Source: an uncultured virus (IMG/VR IMGVR_UViG_3300006201_000011) (taxonomy: Duplodnaviria; Heunggongvirae; Uroviricota; Caudoviricetes). Taken from it: 64,000 nucleotides of DNA. The notes under the pieces are model-generated. The model was given only the letters and a program-made list of their open reading frames with translations, ran no database searches and was not told where the DNA came from. Every line of letters starts with the position of its first letter. Positions within the stretch are counted from its first letter, which is position 1. Made by a program: the position numbers and the translations under genes. This document shows, one piece after another, positions 9,836 to 18,076 of this stretch. The stretch covers positions 1 to 64,000 of the IMG/VR virus record IMGVR_UViG_3300006201_000011, one strand, 5' to 3'.

Positions 9836-10357
9836 TTATTTGCTAACCGTTTCTAAAACAAAATTGTGGCAGTTGCATCTTCCGCAAAAGAATCTTGTGG
9901 AGTCAGGATTGATCTCCAATTCTTTGACGATGTTTGACTTGCGGCGATACCTGGAAACTCCACCACAACCTTGGCAAGTCACCTTGTACTTGATGCCGTT
10001 GTCCACATCGTCGATCTCCTCAAAGTTTTCACATCGTTTGGCGTTACATCCCAGCCACAGCGCGGCCTGCTTCCAGATTGCGTCATGTCCGTGGTTTTTG
10101 TTATGCACCTTTGTGACATAAAGATGAGCGTATTCGTGCCGAATAACATTGATTATATGTTCCACCGCTCCATGCTCCATCAGCCGCTCCGCAAACACAA
10201 GCTCCTTGATGTAATACTTCTGACCTTTTCGTTGCCAGCAGCACTTGCCCCATGTTCTCGTCATTCTGGACGATATGCGAATTGGTACTTCACTGGTATC
10301 CAGGCCAGAAATTTTATCCAGCCGGTTCATTTCTTCACGAATGATACTTGTGTCCAT
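9836..10357 (-). CDS. SprT-like zinc metalloprotease
   Basis: RMTRTWG, IRHEYAH (HExxH), HGHDAIWK and C-terminal CxxC...CxxC. Confidence 0.85.
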   Translation of the reverse strand: MDTSIIREEMNRLDKISGLDTSEVPIRISSRMTRTWGKCCWQRKGQKYYIKELVFAERLMEHGAVEHIINVIRHEYAHLYVTKVHNKNHGHDAIWKQAALWLGCNAKRCENFEEIDDVDNGIKYKVTCQGCGGVSRYRRKSNIVKELEINPDSTRFFCGRCNCHNFVLETVSK

Positions 10358-10457
10358 GCCGACACCTCCCATTGATATAACATCCAGATTTATGTATCTG
10401 CTAACCGAACACAAAAAAAACGGGGAGAAAGTTTTATCTCTCTCCCCGTTGTCCGTT

Positions 10458-10757
10458 CTACACCGCAGCCTGCTCCTGCCGCAGCTTCCAGTTGTTCATA
10501 CGCTCCCGCTCCATCTTCATCGCCTCCACGTGGCCCGCCGCAGCCCTCGCAGCCCACCTCGCAGCCCGCTTGGGGTTGCGGGACTGCGCCTTGGCGTTGA
10601 CCGTCTGTGCCTCTCCCCAAGACGGGATGCCAGCCGCACGATGACGGCGATACTCCGCCTTGGTGATCTCCACCGCACCGTCCAGGATGTCCAGCCGCGT
10701 CGCATGGGCAACAAACTTCTGCCCGTTCTTCTCGCCGATCATGTACTGCTTCTTCAT
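10458..10757 (-). CDS. basic hypothetical protein (99 aa)
   Basis: GGAGG RBS; single-gene module. Confidence 0.75.
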   Translation of the reverse strand: MKKQYMIGEKNGQKFVAHATRLDILDGAVEITKAEYRRHRAAGIPSWGEAQTVNAKAQSRNPKRAARWAARAAAGHVEAMKMERERMNNWKLRQEQAAV

Positions 10758-10881
10758 GTTGTGTTCCTCCGTTTTATTTTTTTTGTTGGGATGTCTCCCA
10801 TTCTTTTTTACAGGTGAATAAATCCGCTTGCTAACCTATCACATAAAAAAAGCGGGCCAGCTTTTCGCCAGCCCGCTCACA

Positions 10882-11313
10882 TCATTCACACCACGCCTTT
10901 TTCCGTCCGGTACTTGAATACCAGGGATGATAGTCAAACTCGCCCCGCTTATTGGAGAGAAACCGGCGCAGCCGCTCTTTATCTTCCCGCCCCATCCAGC
11001 AAGTCAAGTTCGGATTGTCCCATCTCCCATTGTGCCGCTCCTTGCGTAGCATGGACTTTACAGCGGCAATCAACCAATCTTGGTTAATATCCAGCATATC
11101 ACAGACAGTAGCCAGACTCCAGCCGATCTGCCTGGAGCGCTCGGCCAATTCGCCCAGCCGATACGCCTCAGAGCCTCCCAGCGTTGAAACCCAGAGGTAA
11201 GCATCAGGGGAATACCCCTTGTTTTTCCGAACTTCCAAATTATACTTCTTACCCTCTGCCTCAGCATCGAAAAGCTCACATACGAGAGACACCAATTTTT
11301 CAACATCGTACAT
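10882..11313 (-). CDS. hypothetical protein (143 aa)
   Basis: GGAGG RBS. Confidence 0.75.
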   Translation of the reverse strand: MYDVEKLVSLVCELFDAEAEGKKYNLEVRKNKGYSPDAYLWVSTLGGSEAYRLGELAERSRQIGWSLATVCDMLDINQDWLIAAVKSMLRKERHNGRWDNPNLTCWMGREDKERLRRFLSNKRGEFDYHPWYSSTGRKKAWCE

Positions 11314-11440
11314 ACCAATACCTCCATTATTATATAGCAGTTTTGTGTTGGCTTCTATTACTATTACAGAGAATTTTCAGGTTTTGCTAACCGTCAAAAT
11401 AAAAAAGTTTTGGCCGGGAGAAATCCCGGCCTCCACCTTA

Positions 11441-12258
11441 TCAGCTATTCGCTTCCCGCATATATTCCCGTCTCGCGGCCCAATATGCTTTCCTTTGCGT
11501 CTCCGTGAAATGCAGCTCGTCAAAATACTGCTCAACCTCGTTTTCATCGTGGCCGTGGTACTGAATATTGCCGAACGCGCTCAGGGTATCCCAGTCCGCC
11601 TGCCAGTTGATTGCATACTCGTGATTTGCCATCTCGTACTTAAAAGCGGACTTCCAATACTCAAAATTGTCTCCCATAGCGTCCCGCGCCGCTTCCAGCC
11701 GCTGGAAAAGTGCAATGTGTTCCCGTACAAAATCAGCGTTGGTATAGTAGGCTCCAGCCGCTGGAAAAGTGCAATGTGTTCCCGTACAAAATCGGCGTTG
11801 GTGTAGTAGGCAAAACCGACAGGATTGAAAATCATCGTGGCGATTTTCTTCTTGCGCTCCTCTACCTCCTGCTTTGTGCCTCCGGCGTCAAATAGGGAGA
11901 TGTTGTCCTCCTGCATCCCGTAGTAGTTATGGAGATATCTGCTTCGGCGCTCGTATTCAGCATAATCCGACAGGGGAGAGGCGATTTCCTCCAGCGTAAA
12001 GAGAATGTTGCCCAGCTTCTCCACATAAACCTCCCGCAGCTGCTTCTGCGTTGCTTTCCTCCACTTGTGATGTAGCTCGTAGTCGTTCGCGTAGTAAATA
12101 TGGTGGCCGTTCTTGAATACCAGACAGCTATACCCGAAGTAGCCGCCGAAGTCCACCAGATAAACCGTGTGCCCCTTTACGTCCAGCTTTTCCAGCGCGA
12201 TAGCGGCGGCATCCGTTTCCGTCATGGCCTGAATCATGTCGATTGTGTAGTTTTTCAT
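11441..12258 (-). pseudogene. ~252 aa hypothetical gene frameshifted by a 59 bp tandem duplication
   Basis: Copies at 11694-11752 and 11753-11811; deleting one joins ...ALFQRLE to AARDAMGDNF... in frame. Confidence 0.8.
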
Positions 12259-12368
12259 TTTTAGCCCTCCTTGCGGCAAAACTCTATTGTTATTACAGAG
12301 CGTTTCCGGCGTTTGCTAACCATTCAGAAATAAAAATAGGGCGCTCCGTCTCCAGAGCGCCCACAAAT

Positions 12369-12515
12369 TTAATCGTCATCTTCATCATGTAAAGAACAGC
12401 TGCACCAGCATTGCGTTTCTTCCTCATAATATTCACTTAAAGGATTTTCACATACTCCAGCCGTTACATCCCACTCCCGTTCTCTGTTCCAGCATGGACA
12501 GTCTCTACATAGCAT
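12369..12515 (-). CDS. Cys-rich micro-protein with acidic tail (48 aa)
   Basis: MLCRDCPCW...CWCSCSLHDEDDD; AGGAGG RBS. Confidence 0.55.
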   Translation of the reverse strand: MLCRDCPCWNREREWDVTAGVCENPLSEYYEEETQCWCSCSLHDEDDD

Positions 12516-12657
12516 AAAAATCCTCCTTTACTATGACAAACTGAATTTTCAAAAGCTCCTCAATCGTTCCGTTCCTCAGAACCTTCCGATTTTTCGCCTC
12601 GATCTCCTTGGCCTCCGCCTCAGTAATCTCTTTATCGCCGATGAAGTATTGCTTCAA
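12505..12657 (-). CDS. hypothetical micro-protein (50 aa)
   Basis: TTG start after GGAGG, behind the motif at 12675-12705; MKQYFIGDK resembles the start of 10458-10757. Confidence 0.6.
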   Translation of the reverse strand: MKQYFIGDKEITEAEAKEIEAKNRKVLRNGTIEELLKIQFVIVKEDFYAM

Positions 12658-12747
12658 TCTTTCGCCTCCATTACTATTACAGGATGAAATGGGTATTTGC
12701 TAACCGTTTCTAAAAAATAGCCGGGGAATTTTCTCCCCGGCCAGCGC

Positions 12748-13308
12748 TCACAGATAGATTGCCAGCATAGTTTCAGCCTCTGCAATCTCCTTTCTCGTGC
12801 GCTCCAATGCGTTCCGTTCACACTCTATACCGTGAATCCATCCCTCAGACTCCGACTCGGCCAGGTCTGCTAAAATATCCTCTAACGCCTCTTGCAAATC
12901 GGCAATCTTTGCGCGGTAACGGCGGATACGCTGCTCCAGCTTCTCCGGCGCATTCTCCCGCGCCCACGCCGCCCATTTGCGCTTGCGCTCCATGCGCTCC
13001 TCAGCTTCCTGACGCTTCTCCTCAGCGTGGCGACGACCTGCATCCTCAGCCTCAGCCGGTGTAAATCCAAAAGTAATCTGCCCGCAGCCATTCAGTTTGG
13101 AGTAATTCAAGAAAACTTTCCTCCCGCTCCACTCCAATGTATAGTAATTGTGGCGGTAATAGTCTCCCTGAAACTGAGCAACCATCGTGGTATGTTTTTC
13201 CATCTTTTCGATGCAGATGGCCGTCTGCTTCCGTGACAGCCACATACCCTTATTTGTGCCGGCTCGCTCCAAGAGTGAAGGAAGAAATGTGTCATAAAAC
13301 CAATTCAT
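12748..13308 (-). CDS. hypothetical protein with C-terminal coiled coil (186 aa)
   Basis: AGGAGG RBS. Confidence 0.8.
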   Translation of the reverse strand: MNWFYDTFLPSLLERAGTNKGMWLSRKQTAICIEKMEKHTTMVAQFQGDYYRHNYYTLEWSGRKVFLNYSKLNGCGQITFGFTPAEAEDAGRRHAEEKRQEAEERMERKRKWAAWARENAPEKLEQRIRRYRAKIADLQEALEDILADLAESESEGWIHGIECERNALERTRKEIAEAETMLAIYL

Positions 13309-13422
13309 TATGTATGCCTCCTGATTTGAAATTTTGTGTCCTCTATTCTTATTACAGCGCTAAAATATGTTTTGCTAACCATGAAAAAGAAAAAGCGGCG
13401 GGAATATTCCCGCCGCTACCGT

Positions 13423-13752
13423 TCACACTGCCAGACTAACCCGAATTGCCTGATTGACCTGCTCCTGCGTGTCCGTATCAATCCGTCCCAGATGTCTACC
13501 CAGACGGCGCTTGTCAATCGTTCTGATCTGTTCCAGTTCCACAAAAGACGGGCGCTGGAGACAGTGCAAATTTACGTGCGTGGGGAACCTGGACTTGCGC
13601 ATCCGGCTACTAATCGGCGCAATAATCACCGTGGGCGAATAGGTGTTCCCTGTGTTGTTTTGGATAACCAGCACTGGCCTAACTCCGCCTTGCTCACTGC
13701 CCCCCGATACCGTCAAATCCGCCATGTAGATTTCTCCGCGTTTGACTTCCAT
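13423..13752 (-). CDS. mazF: MazF/PemK-family endoribonuclease
   Basis: KRGEIYMADL...GSEQGGVRPVLVIQN..GN.YSPTVIIAPISS...EQIRTIDKRRL. Confidence 0.9.
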   Translation of the reverse strand: MEVKRGEIYMADLTVSGGSEQGGVRPVLVIQNNTGNTYSPTVIIAPISSRMRKSRFPTHVNLHCLQRPSFVELEQIRTIDKRRLGRHLGRIDTDTQEQVNQAIRVSLAV

Positions 13753-14009
13753 TATTGTAGCCTCCTTCCGTCCCAAATGACATTAAATTGAACCCGTGGC
13801 CGCTCGATCATGTAGCACCAGCTATCCGCGTGCGCCTCATCCGCCGCCTGCATTTTGGGGATATACATTCCATCATCCACCTCGAAAATAGCGATCCAGC
13901 CGTCGTTCATTGTGGCGAACGCATAGTCAATCCCGTTGAAATGCTTGCGGACTACATGACCCGTTCCGTTTTCGGCTACCCACTTTTCAAAGCCGTTCCT
14001 ATCCAGCAT
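13752..14009 (-). CDS. hypothetical protein (85 aa)
   Basis: GGAGGTG RBS, coupled to mazF. Confidence 0.75.
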   Translation of the reverse strand: MLDRNGFEKWVAENGTGHVVRKHFNGIDYAFATMNDGWIAIFEVDDGMYIPKMQAADEAHADSWCYMIERPRVQFNVIWDGRRLQ

Positions 14010-14138
14010 GATTGCACCTCCGATTGTTTCAGACTTATTGCCCGTTCTATTCTTATTACAGGCGATTTCCCGCCTTTGCTAACCATTCCGACAAAAAAAT
14101 AACGGCGGGAAAATTCCCGCCGTTCAGCTGTTCCGCTA

Positions 14139-14492
14139 TCATACCTCCCGATATACGCAGCCCGTCCAGACCTGTTCCGTAGTACCAGGGCATCCGTCCA
14201 CCGCACGACCAAGCCGCTTGCACCTCCAGCAAATGCTGTTGAGCTTTTCCAGGCCACCCAGCCAATCCACAGAGCGGATATAATCGCAGATGTCCGGGTT
14301 ATAGTCCTACTCCAAAATGTACTTGCACAGCGCGGCCTGTACTTGAGCGTTGTTTCTGGCATTCATCGCCCGTGTAATCTCTCCGCCTATGTAATATCCA
14401 AAAATTCTCTGCTCCTCCATGCAGTAGTTATAGAAGTCTTTCGCGTCATACGGTTCGCCGTCCTTACGGTCAAGAATCCTGTCAACGATCAT
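14139..14492 (-). pseudogene. 117-codon gene interrupted by an in-frame TAG
   Basis: AAGGAGG RBS, MIVDRILDRK...LCKYILE*DYNPDICDYIRSVDWL...YREV-TGA; TAG at 14307-14309. Confidence 0.65.
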
Positions 14493-14905
14493 TTTGTGTT
14501 CCTCCTTGAATTTTGTTTTGGCCTCTGTTATAATTACAGAAAGATTTTCCGCTTTGCTAACCAATCCATCAAATTTTCCAGGGGACAAAAAAATGAGATT
14601 ATACGATAATCCATGGATGGCCGTTACCTATCTATTAGGTGCAAGCGCTAAAGGCTTAAAGAATTGCCTCCAAAATGCCATTGATAAAAGAGATGATAGA
14701 AAAGAATCCGAATCCAGAGCGAACCTTCCCACAAATGACCAGGAGCGCAAACGATATAACGCAACACACAAACGACGGGAAAGGGGAGCCACAATTTCCC
14801 TTGTGGCATCCGTTTAATACCATCCATTCTTTATGGCCTCTGGTATTCCTTTTTTGGCAAATACTGAAATGAAAAAAGGCGGGGAATTTCCCCGCCTCCG
14901 TTCCT

Positions 14906-15241
14906 TTATGCGCAAAATGTCAACAGCTTTTTCATGTTATACCGGCCTGCGACCTCCAGTTTTTCCTCCGTCCGTCCTCCTACAACCTGCCACGCTTCAC
15001 CGTTCTTTTTCCGTGTGAACGTCTCCGCGATATACTCGCCCGTTCCATCATAGTGCTTGAAGTAGTAAACGCGGCGGATTGTCTGCTCCGTCTCCGTCTC
15101 CGCTATAACCTTTTGAAAGGCCGGGTACTCGTTCCCGTAGGCGGGATTGTAGAGGTAGTTTGCGATGTCGAACTTGTAGCCGTTCGGCGCTTCCAGCTTC
15201 CGGATTTTGTTTATGTATTCCGGTTTGAGATTTCTTGCCAT
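14906..15241 (-). CDS. hypothetical protein (111 aa)
   Basis: GGAGG RBS. Confidence 0.8.
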   Translation of the reverse strand: MARNLKPEYINKIRKLEAPNGYKFDIANYLYNPAYGNEYPAFQKVIAETETEQTIRRVYYFKHYDGTGEYIAETFTRKKNGEAWQVVGGRTEEKLEVAGRYNMKKLLTFCA

Positions 15242-15376
15242 GTTCGTAACCTCCAAAAATTTGTTGTGGGCGTTGCCTCTATTCTTATTACAGCCCCTTT
15301 TCCCGTTCTGCTAACCGTTTCAAAAAATCTTTTTGAGATGACAAAAGGCCGGGGATAATTCCCCGGCCCGCCGTCT

Positions 15377-15553
15377 TTATGCCTCCAGAATCGCCTTGAT
15401 TGTCTCATCCGTCGTGATGATCTCCCGATTGTAGAGACTGAGCGCCCGCGCCACGTTGCGGAATTTTTCGGCCTTGTGTTCCTCTTTCATCAGAGTATTT
15501 CCCGCTATCCGCTCCATAACATCGGCGGCATAGTCCAGCACAAACTTTTTCAT
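15377..15553 (-). CDS. hypothetical protein (58 aa)
   Basis: AAGGAG RBS. Confidence 0.65.
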   Translation of the reverse strand: MKKFVLDYAADVMERIAGNTLMKEEHKAEKFRNVARALSLYNREIITTDETIKAILEA

Positions 15554-15619
15554 GTGTTCAACTCCTTCCATGTTCAGCGGGCGGACACCTCGCAGCATCC
15601 GCCCGCCGTTTCTGTTCTG

Positions 15620-15979
15620 TTAGATGAAGTACATCTCGCCGTTGATTTCCAGCGCGACGGCCTCTTGTCCCATCTCCTGCTTCAGCGCCTCGCAGTGATC
15701 GACCACGGCGGCGATCCCGTTCTGCAAATCCGCATCGCTGGCGTAGGCGAAAACAACGGTGGTATTCTCAGCGACCAGGCCGGCCACGGGAGAGAGCCAA
15801 TAGCCCAGCGCGGCGGTAGAGGTGGAGCCGCCGAAAAGATCGGCCAGCAGCGCGGCGGTTTTCTTCACCTGTTCCGTATTGTCGGCGGCGTCGGCCACTC
15901 CGTTTGTGGCGGGCACGTAAACGGTAACTTTGCTGGAGAGCTTGATGCAGGCTTTCAGTTTGGCGTTGTTGATAGTCAT
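15620..15979 (-). CDS. hypothetical protein (119 aa)
   Basis: First gene behind the motif at 16049-16079; FGG.T.T..LGYW...LV.E pattern. Confidence 0.8.
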   Translation of the reverse strand: MTINNAKLKACIKLSSKVTVYVPATNGVADAADNTEQVKKTAALLADLFGGSTSTAALGYWLSPVAGLVAENTTVVFAYASDADLQNGIAAVVDHCEALKQEMGQEAVALEINGEMYFI

Positions 15980-16095
15980 GATATGTAACCCCTTTCAATT
16001 TTTGGGGGAGCCGGTGGTGGTGATTTCCACCGGCCCGCCCTTTATTCTAATTACAGCTTGATTTTGTTCGTTGCTAACCTAAATTTGAAATTTTT

Positions 16096-16887
16096 TCAGG
16101 CAATCCCGACGTTCTGGAGAGCCGCCCGGATTTTCACAATCCGCTTGTGTACGGCCACATTGGAGATTTTGACAACATCGGCGATCTGGCGTTCCGTATA
16201 ATTCTCTTGCACAAGCTCGATGATCTTCCGGTCGATCTCATCCCGTCCAGCCGTGAACCGTTCCAGATCGGCCCGGATGATGGCGCTTGTCTCCGTGTTC
16301 ACAGAGCCGCCCGCGCTTACTCTCGTTTCAATGTAGCTTTCGATCTCGCCGTTATCGTTCATGATCTCAGGGTCTTGCACTGCGCGGCCATGTTTCCGGT
16401 CATCTTCCCAGATTTTCATAATGGCAGCTTTTGCGGCGTTGTAGACAAGGGACTTCAGGGAGCGCGGGCGCAACCCTTTAGCGGCGCGGCGCTCGTTGGT
16501 GATGGGCAGACGGTCAAAGGCATCGAACAGCCTGCAGTATGCCTCATCGGTGAACTCGTCGAACTGGTGCCCACGCAGCCCCCAGGCGGCGCACTCGTTG
16601 AACTGGTGATAGTGATCTTCAGTGCTGTAGCCGATAACGTCTTTCGCGGCCCGCACGACACAGCGCTGGAGCCATTCAACTTGCTTTTCGGGAGTGGTAG
16701 CGGCCCACTCAGCGACCACGGCGGCGGCGTTGATCTCAGCGTTGACGCCTTCAGCCTCGGCCCACGCCTGCTTCAGACACAGAGAAAAAACGACCTCGGA
16801 AACCTTGCAACCCATTTCAGCGGCGGCGCTTTTGCGGATAGCCCAGGCACGGCCCATAATGGCGGAGAGATTGAAAGACTTTTTCAT
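16096..16887 (-). CDS. Phage sigma-70/ECF-like factor with an extra N-terminal domain (263 aa)
   Basis: Region-2-like FDEFTDEAYCRLF...SLKSLVYNAAKAAIMKIWED; region-4 HTH DEIDRKIIEL...YTERQIADVVKISNVAVHKRIVKIRAAL. Confidence 0.7.
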   Translation of the reverse strand: MKKSFNLSAIMGRAWAIRKSAAAEMGCKVSEVVFSLCLKQAWAEAEGVNAEINAAAVVAEWAATTPEKQVEWLQRCVVRAAKDVIGYSTEDHYHQFNECAAWGLRGHQFDEFTDEAYCRLFDAFDRLPITNERRAAKGLRPRSLKSLVYNAAKAAIMKIWEDDRKHGRAVQDPEIMNDNGEIESYIETRVSAGGSVNTETSAIIRADLERFTAGRDEIDRKIIELVQENYTERQIADVVKISNVAVHKRIVKIRAALQNVGIA

Positions 16888-16988
16888 AATATGTATACCC
16901 CTTTGCAATGATTTTATTCGCCCTTAAAGGGAAGGAGCACGACGGCAAAAGCCGCCCGGACTGCCCACCCCCCTTTTGGGTATACCCT

Positions 16989-17018
16989 ATTATACCATAT
17001 CCTTTTCCAGTTTGTCAA
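16989..17018 (-). promoter_or_regulatory. SigA-type promoter of the sigma-like gene
   Basis: TTGACA-18 nt-TATAAT with extended -10 TG on the minus strand. Confidence 0.85.
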
Positions 17019-17039
17019 CGATTTTGTTCGTCATTAAGA

Positions 17040-17760
17040 TATTTTAAGGGGTGAAAAATAGCCAAAGATACAGCCTTGTATTTGTGTATTTTGCCATGTG
17101 CCCGCCTGCCTGATCTGCCGCCCAGCATCACCCCAGAGAGCCGCGCCCAGCTTGCCACAGTGCCCCAGCAGAGGCACAGCCACAGAGGACAGCCCAGCAC
17201 CCGCAGCCCCTGCCCAGCATGGGCACAGACAGCAATACGCCCAGAGGGACAGAGACAAGGCCAGCAGCAGAGGACGCACGGAGAGAGAGGGAGAGAAGCG
17301 GAAGCGAAGAACACCCCAGCACCTACCCCAGCGGCCTGGAGCCTACCAGCCCCGCCCCAGCCGGAGAGCCGCCGACGATCTCCCAGAAGCCGCCCAGCCT
17401 GAACCCGTCCCAGCATTCCACCCAGCCGCCGCGAGACAGCCCAGCAGAGCAGAGTGGGAGAGGGGAGAAGGGGAAAGAGTGAGGAGCAAGCCGGAAGCAC
17501 AGAGCCGCCCGCCTTCAAAGTCATAATATACCGAACCCCAGCAACACCCCGACCCACCTGCCGCCCGTCTGCCGTACAGCCTGCCCGCCGTCACCATCTC
17601 AGGCCAGCCGCCGCCGTTGTGCTGCCGTCGTTTCAATTCTGCTTTTGGAGAGAAAACAGAACCCGCCCCCAATAACCCCGAATTTACACGGGAAAAGCCC
17701 GCCCCACCTGCCAGCACCGCCCACCATGACCGAGGGGAGCCTCTACATTTTGAACTTCAC
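17040..17760. repeat. GC-rich, strand-skewed non-coding region with polar CCAGC repeats
   Basis: About 17 CCAGC on + by hand count and no GCTGG seen; T-poor; no credible ORF. Confidence 0.6.
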
Positions 17761-17986
17761 GCCATATCTACGATATGTCTCCAGTACCCTCCTCTCCACA
17801 CGAAACCCCTCTCACCCGTTCGATTCATCGCTCGGCCTTACAGCCGTACAAACTCGAACCTTAGAAGAGTTAAACCTTACATAAAAATTATCATATTAGC
17901 ATTTGTTTCGACTTAAATTGTCCACCTAACCTACCCGCAAACTCGCCATTTCTTCCGAATAATGAAGAACTAAATCAAAGTTATTG

Positions 17987-18015
17987 TTGACATTTTGATC
18001 AAAATAGAGTATAAT
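17987..18015 (+). promoter_or_regulatory. SigA-type promoter of the recombinase, with a palindrome in the spacer
   Basis: TTGACA-17 nt-TATAAT; perfect palindrome ATTTTGATCAAAAT at 17992-18005. Confidence 0.85.
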
Positions 18016-18076
18016 AGAACTGTGGGAAACCACGAATTTCCCCGTCCGTAGTGACGAATAAAATGGAGGGTTTTCG

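Larger units (their letters stand above)
1..16079 (-). promoter_or_regulatory. Dispersed bipartite promoter-like repeat, minus-strand consensus GGTTAGCAAA-N13-CTGTAATA(a/g)nAATAG; 22 full copies plus 1 partial
   Basis: The + strand (T/C/A/G)(T/C/G)TGCTAACC boxes start at 297, 1816, 2871, 3386, 4892, 5550, 6642, 6976, 7838, 8709, 9246, 9839, 10397, 10827, 11383, 12312, 12696, 13371, 14075, 14553, 15307 and 16070, with a partial copy at 1-9. Each is preceded 13 nt earlier (14 at 6976, 15 at 297) by a TATTACAG-like box. Each lies directly upstream of an RBS/start codon, usually just after a terminator hairpin. Confidence 0.9.

Noticed and set aside
11694..11811. Diversity-generating retroelement TR/VR pair
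   Set aside because: The copies are adjacent with only two synonymous differences, and there is no reverse transcriptase in the window.
14600..14830. Coding region or ncRNA in this gap
   Set aside because: No convincing RBS-led ORF or fold; left uncalled.
1..16079. Repeated motif as a CRISPR array
   Set aside because: Units are hundreds of bp apart, separated by whole genes, and have a variable central 13 nt; no cas genes are present.
17015..17717. ORFs in the GC-rich divergence region
   Set aside because: Low-complexity translations in several frames with no RBS; explained by base composition.
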